This document shows positions 61,835 to 64,000 of a DNA stretch of 64,000 nucleotides, piece by piece. Under the pieces are notes generated by a model, which worked only from the letters and a program-made list of their open reading frames with translations, was not told the origin of the DNA and ran no database searches. Made by a program: the position numbers and the translations under genes. This DNA is from Octopus sinensis (taxonomy: Eukaryota), in assembly GCF_006345805.1 (NCBI RefSeq), contig NC_043007.1, forward strand, positions 992,001-1,056,000, read 5' to 3'. Every line of letters begins with the position of its first letter. Positions within the stretch are counted from its first letter, which is position 1.

Positions 61835-62717
61835 ATGTGCGCGCGCGCGTGTGTGTGTACGTGTGTGTGTGCATGTGAGTGTGCCAGTGTGAGTGTGCAT
61901 GTGTGAGTGTGAGTGAGTGTGCGAAAGTGAGTGAGTGAGTGTGATAATGAGTGAGAGAGAGACTCAGATGTATAATTGGTTGTATGTACTCTCCAGTTCA
62001 GTCCTACTCGTGTGGCACCCTGGGGCAAGGGTCTTTTACTATAACCCTGGGCTGATCAATACCCTGTGTATGAATTTAGTAGACAGAAACTAAAAGCCCA
62101 TTGTGTATAAATAAATGTGCATGTGTATGTGTTTGTCTCCTTGCTTTGACATCTTGTAGTATTTGTAAACGAGCGTCACTGTCATACAAGCAGTGTCATT
62201 CGTTTCCAATCATCCAGTCACAAGGAAATATTAGCTTGCTTGGAAACAAGTGCAGGTAGGCAACAGGAAGAGCGTCCAGCCATAAAACACCTGCCTTGAC
62301 AAATGCCATAGGAACCGTGCAAGAATGGAAAAGCAAACTTTAAAGACAAAATTAGAGAAAGACAGGAAAAAAAAGAAAAAAAATCTGTGCACTTTACATA
62401 AAGTCCATTGCAATATATTTTCTGCACTGAGCTACAGACACTCCCTTATCAGTTTCTGTGTTTGATAAGCAGTGAACCAGTGACTGGCTCATTGGAATTT
62501 ATAATTATGATCTTATCATTCACAAAAGTGCAGATATATATATATATATATACACATATATATATATACATGCATATATATATATATACATATATAGACA
62601 CACATATATACATTTATATAAACACATATATACACACATATATACACATTTATATACATATACACACACACACATATGTATACATATGGAGAGGGAAGAG
62701 AAAGATAGGTAGTACGT

Positions 62718-62796
<79 letters not shown>

Positions 62797-63187
62797 TGGA
62801 TAGACAGACAGAGAGAGGGAGAAGGAAAGCAGAAAAGTGAGAGAGCAACAGAGTAGGGAAGAGAGAGAAAGAGCAAAAGAGAGAAGAAGAGATGGGGAGA
62901 AGGCGGTATGAGAACAATGAGAAAGTGAGTTCAAGTCTATGTATGGTCTGTTAAACTTTTCTCGTTTGTAACTTGAATGAAAAATATATAAATAAGAATC
63001 TAGTTCCAGAAATATGGTTTTATGTGGAAGAAATTAGAGCAGAAACAGGTGTTGGGTGTTGTTGCTGTTGTGAATCATTTCTCAATTGAATGAGTTACAT
63101 GTGTGCCATACTCCTGAGTGACCTCTCTCTACACACACAAGGAATGGCTGTAAGGAATAGAGAAAGAAAGATGGAAGAATGATGGAT

Positions 63188-63236
<49 letters not shown>

Positions 63237-63237
<1 letters not shown>

Positions 63238-63500
63238 AATCAAAATAAGCAACAAGGATATCCAAGGTAGTGTGGTACGATCGTTTCATGCTACATCATT
63301 TTATTCAACAACGTAAGTATTACATCAATTTTAAAATGTAGAGCACTCTTCAGCCACATATGGAATTTTTTTTAATTAAATGGACAAATTTAATGATGTA
63401 ATATTACATTGATGTAATACTTACATTGTTTAATAAAATGAAGTAGCATGAAACGATTGTACTACACTACCTTGGATATCCTTGTTGCTTATTTTGATTA
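63237..63500. repeat. Inverted-repeat element, ~93-bp arms
   Basis: 63237-63329 pairs with 63408-63500 with ~5 mismatches; next to (TA)n. Confidence 0.85.
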
Positions 63501-63569
63501 TAATCACCCAATTTGATTTATATGGATAATACCATACCAAATTCTGGTGCCTTTAACTTAAGTACCATA

Positions 63570-63629
<60 letters not shown>

Positions 63630-64000
63630 TGAACAGAGACAGAATGGAAGTGAGAGGAGGAAGAACAAGGGAGTAGATGAGAAAATGAGAGAAAGGAAGA
63701 AAAAGAGAGAGAGGGAAAGAAAATGAGAAAGAGAGAGAAAAAACTGAGAATTTTAGTTAATATATTTTGGCCAATGTCCAAATACCATTCTGGTTCTGAC
63801 CAATCATAGATTACTGAGAATCATTTACAAGCCAATTGCATGTATTTGTACTGTGGTCAATAGCGGTTGTTTAGGTCAGCTAGCAGTACAATACCTTGAC
63901 CGAATGAGGGGAGCATTTGTGAGATCATTCAGGCAGTTAGAAATAGAAGCTAAATCACCCTTGAACTCCCAAGAAATGGTAAATGTCTTAGAAATAGTAA

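Noticed and set aside
62408-62934. Cluster of YIYI/THTH ORFs
   Set aside because: (TA)n/(CA)n/(GA)n translations; the same applies to similar ORFs throughout the window.

Overview
AT-rich, microsatellite- and SINE-dense animal genomic DNA; the repeat content suggests an octopod cephalopod (inference). Two convergent spliced genes are present. On the + strand are the last four coding exons of an SR-protein kinase (SRPK; stop at 4696). On the - strand are twelve coding exons of a plastin/fimbrin (35780 down to the stop at 6498; 605 aa, all junctions GT-AG and phase-compatible). The plastin first coding exon (about 20-25 aa) was not identified with certainty. Nearly all other ORFs in the track are microsatellite or repeat artefacts. 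The rest is tRNA-derived SINEs, LINE 3' ends (CR1-, RTE-type), piggyBac-, Tigger- and mariner-type MITEs, and long hairpin elements in (TA)n tracts. The most interesting signal is a set of minimal type-I hammerhead-ribozyme motifs (CUGANGA / stem II / GAAA / palindromic helix III / UH, with pairing stem I) in at least four unrelated repeat families: a tRNA-headed SINE (42.5-43.1 kb, 53.9-54.3 kb), a 342-bp tandem retrozyme-like repeat (11.1-11.8 kb), a (TA)n-associated family (8.5, 58.4, 60.6 kb) and a Penelope-like inverted/direct repeat structure (59.8-60.3 kb). Ribozyme activity is inferred from folding by eye and has not been tested.
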